Under the pieces are notes generated by a model, which worked only from the letters and a program-made list of their open reading frames with translations, was not told the DNA's origin and did not search any database. The translations under genes and the position numbers were made by a program. A stretch of DNA of 64,000 nt. It comes from Bdellovibrionales bacterium (lineage in GTDB: Bacteria > Bdellovibrionota > Bdellovibrionia > Bdellovibrionales > UBA1609). The stretch is taken from positions 1,120,001 to 1,184,000 of the forward strand of contig OZ241456.1 in the NCBI GenBank assembly GCA_965200875.1, written 5' to 3'. Shown here in pieces: positions 60,981 through 64,000 of this stretch (positions are counted from its first letter, which is position 1; the number at the start of each line of letters is the position of its first letter).

Positions 60981-61031
60981 TAATCAGATTACGCTTGATG
61001 GAACAAAGGAAAATTATATTCAAAGTAAAGC

Positions 61032-61520
61032 TTATTCAACAACAACAAAACCACTTATACCTTGTGAAGTTAAAAAAGTCGCCAATTTCTGATCAACTTT
61101 CGCACCGGTGAAATCCGCCCCATTCAAAATCGCACCGGTAAAATGCGCATAACGCAACCACGCCTCGGAGAAATTCGCCCCGATCAAATTCGCATTCGCA
61201 AAATTCACCCATTGCAAAGACGCATAACTAAAATTCACCATTTGCAAAAATGACCCTTGAAAATTCGCATCAGCCAAATCCGCCCAGCTAAAATCCGCGC
61301 CGTTCAAATCCGCGACACTCAAATTCGCATTACGCAAATTCGCATAGCTAAAATTCGCCCCTTGCAAATATAACTCGTTTAAATTCACTTCTTGCAAATT
61401 ACAATTATGCCGGCCCGGCTGAGTCACAAAATCCAAAAAGTTATCCTTAGTACATCTTTCATTTTGGCCATAACTAAAAGCACCTAAGCTTAAAAATAAT
61501 AAAACAATTATAGTTTTCAT
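61032..61520 (-). CDS. Secreted pentapeptide-repeat protein of the same family, outside the array
   Basis: Same AAAAAGGAGTATTTT-ATG leader as 57278 and 58338; signal peptide, two-Cys cap, AKVDQKLATFLTSQGISGFVVVE. Confidence 0.9.
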   Translation of the reverse strand: MKTIIVLLFLSLGAFSYGQNERCTKDNFLDFVTQPGRHNCNLQEVNLNELYLQGANFSYANLRNANLSVADLNGADFSWADLADANFQGSFLQMVNFSYASLQWVNFANANLIGANFSEAWLRYAHFTGAILNGADFTGAKVDQKLATFLTSQGISGFVVVE

Positions 61521-61677
61521 AAAATACTCCTTTTTAATTTGTAAAAAGTCCTATTCAATCAGGATATTTTTCCAGACTAACGGGGGGGGGTAAAAATCAA
61601 GAAATAAATTCAGAAGAACAAATGTGAGTAAAAAAAAATACTTAAAACTAGCCTTTAGTTGCCCATCTTTTTTTTAT

Positions 61678-64000
61678 CTATTTGCACGAATTAATGGAAG
61701 AACGAGCTGATATCAAACGAGCCACCGGCACACGATAAGCAGAACAGCTGACATAATCCAAACCCAAACGATTAAAAAAGTAAATACTGTTTTGTTCCGC
61801 CCCGTGCTCACCACAGATACCTATTTTTAAATCAGGTTTTTTTCCACGACCCAACTCAATAGCTCTTTGAATCAAAAAACCTACACCTTTTTGATCCACA
61901 GTAGCAAAAGGATCTTCTGACATGAGGTTTTCACTCACATAAACTGGAAGAAATTTACCACAATCATCTCTGGAAATACCTAAAGTGGTTTGAGTGAGAT
62001 CATTAGTTCCGAAACTGAAAAAATCCGCATGATCAGCCAATTCATCTGCTATCAAAGCTGACCGGGGCAGTTCAATCATAGCACCAATTAAGTACTTAAA
62101 GTTTTTCTTTCTTTCCTCCTGAACCGCTTTTATCTCTCTTTCCACCAAATCCTTAATAAAAATTAATTCCGACTTCATCATCACGAGTGGAATCATAATC
62201 TCCGGCACAGGAAATTCCTTATGATCCATTCTTTCACAAACAGCCTCAGCAACAGCCCGCGCCTGCATCTGATAAATTTCAGGAAAAGAAATAGCCAGAC
62301 GACAACCTCTATGCCCTAACATGGGGTTGGTTTCTCTTAAAGCTGACACGCGCTCTCTTATTGTTTCCTCTTTGTCGTTTGTCTTTTCCGCTAACTCTTT
62401 TATCTCACTTTCTCTCTGAGGTAAAAATTCATGAAGAGGAGGATCCAGAAGGCGAATAGTCACCGGAAGTCCCCGCATTGTGGAAAACAAAGCGATAAAA
62501 TCCTCCCTCTGCATAGGCAATAATTCTTCCAGAGCAGAGCTTCTTTCGCTTTCCTTCCCCGCCAGAATCATTTTTCTGACAGAAATAATACGATCATCTC
62601 CAAAAAACATGTGCTCTGTTCGACACAAACCAATCCCCTGCGCGCCAAAAAGACGAGCTGTTTCTGCCTCTCTGGGGTGATCGGCATTGACCCTAACCTT
62701 CATATCAGAATATTTATCCACGATAGACATAAACCTTTGAAAATTCTCATCCAGCTGAGGCTCCAGAGTAGGCACCTCACCCATAAACACCTCGCCTGTA
62801 GCACCATCCAGAGAAATCATATCTCCTTTTTTCAAGTAATGTTTGCCTGCTCTCATTTTTCCGGTGCTCTCATCCAACATCACTTCATCACAACCAACCA
62901 CACAACATTTACCCATTCCTCGCGCCACCACTGCCGCATGAGAGGTAATACCTCCTCTGGTAGTTAAAATTCCTTCAGAGGAAATCATGCCTCTAATATC
63001 TTCAGGAGAGGTCTCGGAGCGAACTAATATTACTTTTTCCCCTCTGGAATGACATTGAAAAGCCTCTTCGGAAGAAAACACAATTTTCCCTGACACTCCT
63101 CCGGGACTGGCGGCCAACCCCTGAGCTATCCTTAACTTTGACGCTTTTGGATCCAAAGAAGGATGCAATAGCTGTTCAATAGAAGAGGGAGACACCCTGA
63201 ATAAGGTTTCTTTTTTTGTAATCAATCCTTCGTCCAGCATATCCAAAGCCACCTTTAAAGCCGCCTTGGCCGTTCTCTTGGCACTTCGGGTCTGCAAAAT
63301 CCATAACCGATTTTTTTCAATGGTAAATTCAATATCCTGAATATCTTTATAGTGTTTTTCCAAACGATTACACACCTGATTCAAATCCTGAAACACAGTA
63401 GGGAAACGCTCCTCTAAAGTCATTTCCACCTTACCGTTTGCCATCGCTTTGGTAACAGGATAAGGAGTTCTCACACCTGCCACTACATCCTCCCCTTGAG
63501 CGTTCACTAAAAATTCACCGACCAAATGCTTTTCCCCACTGGAAGGATCCCGGGTAAAAGCCACACCTGTAGCACAGTCTTCTCCTTTATTGCCAAACAC
63601 CATAGCCTGTACATTAACAGCCGTGCCCCAGTCATGACGATAATTGTTTAATTCCCGATAGGAAACTGCCCGGGAGTTATTCCAGCTATCAAAAACGGCA
63701 GAAACAGCAGAATAAAGTTGCTCAGCTGGATCCTGTGGAAAATGTTTTCCTGTAGCTTGAAGTACCTGATCCTTAAAACAACCAACCAACTTTTTTAAAT
63801 CCTCCACTGTCAAGTCTGTGTCTTTTTTATAATTTTTCAGACGCTTTAAATCCTCCAGAAAAAACACCAACAAGGAAGCATCCACGGAAAGAACAACATC
63901 CGCATACATTTGTATAAAACGGCGATAGCAATCGTAGGCAAATCGCTCATCAAAACTTTGATTCGCCAAAGTCTCCACCACCTGATCATTCAGCCCCAGA
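61678..64000 (-). CDS. ppdK: Pyruvate, phosphate dikinase, 5' end outside the window
   Basis: NAQGEDVVAG, GGITSHAAVVARG, GIGLCRTEHMF, SFGTNDLTQ, GICGEHG. Confidence 0.97.
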   Translation of the reverse strand, partial: LGLNDQVVETLANQSFDERFAYDCYRRFIQMYADVVLSVDASLLVFFLEDLKRLKNYKKDTDLTVEDLKKLVGCFKDQVLQATGKHFPQDPAEQLYSAVSAVFDSWNNSRAVSYRELNNYRHDWGTAVNVQAMVFGNKGEDCATGVAFTRDPSSGEKHLVGEFLVNAQGEDVVAGVRTPYPVTKAMANGKVEMTLEERFPTVFQDLNQVCNRLEKHYKDIQDIEFTIEKNRLWILQTRSAKRTAKAALKVALDMLDEGLITKKETLFRVSPSSIEQLLHPSLDPKASKLRIAQGLAASPGGVSGKIVFSSEEAFQCHSRGEKVILVRSETSPEDIRGMISSEGILTTRGGITSHAAVVARGMGKCCVVGCDEVMLDESTGKMRAGKHYLKKGDMISLDGATGEVFMGEVPTLEPQLDENFQRFMSIVDKYSDMKVRVNADHPREAETARLFGAQGIGLCRTEHMFFGDDRIISVRKMILAGKESERSSALEELLPMQREDFIALFSTMRGLPVTIRLLDPPLHEFLPQRESEIKELAEKTNDKEETIRERVSALRETNPMLGHRGCRLAISFPEIYQMQARAVAEAVCERMDHKEFPVPEIMIPLVMMKSELIFIKDLVEREIKAVQEERKKNFKYLIGAMIELPRSALIADELADHADFFSFGTNDLTQTTLGISRDDCGKFLPVYVSENLMSEDPFATVDQKGVGFLIQRAIELGRGKKPDLKIGICGEHGAEQNSIYFFNRLGLDYVSCSAYRVPVARLISARSSINSCK

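Overview
AT-rich bacterial chromosomal segment. The gene set (GHMP mevalonate-pathway kinase, mitochondrial-type aconitase, PPDK, CpaF, many Cys-rich lipoproteins) suggests a Bdellovibrionota/Oligoflexia-like organism; this is inference. The core backbone is pheT-pheS, eno, mtaD-like, lolC/E-like, pyrC, truB-rpsO-pnp, sucB, gor, aconitase, ppdK and three tRNAs (Cys-GCA, Leu-CAA, Ala-GGC). Accessory segments: (i) four tandem membrane-anchored coiled-coil genes, each with a leaderless-type promoter; (ii) a Shango-like TerB/ATPase/helicase defence locus whose first gene is damaged; (iii) three Rpn (YhgA-like) loci that all keep an intragenic SD+ATG for a small C-terminal product. The most striking feature is (iv), about 54.2-60.7 kb: a same-strand cassette-like array of secreted pentapeptide-repeat genes. 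Each unit ends in a terminator plus a conserved ~157-bp imperfect palindrome (4 full copies and 1 half copy). The array abuts a 5'-truncated serine recombinase and is bracketed by a 264-bp direct repeat. It is a candidate serine-recombinase-associated, integron-like gene-cassette system. All calls are by eye; no database searches were run.
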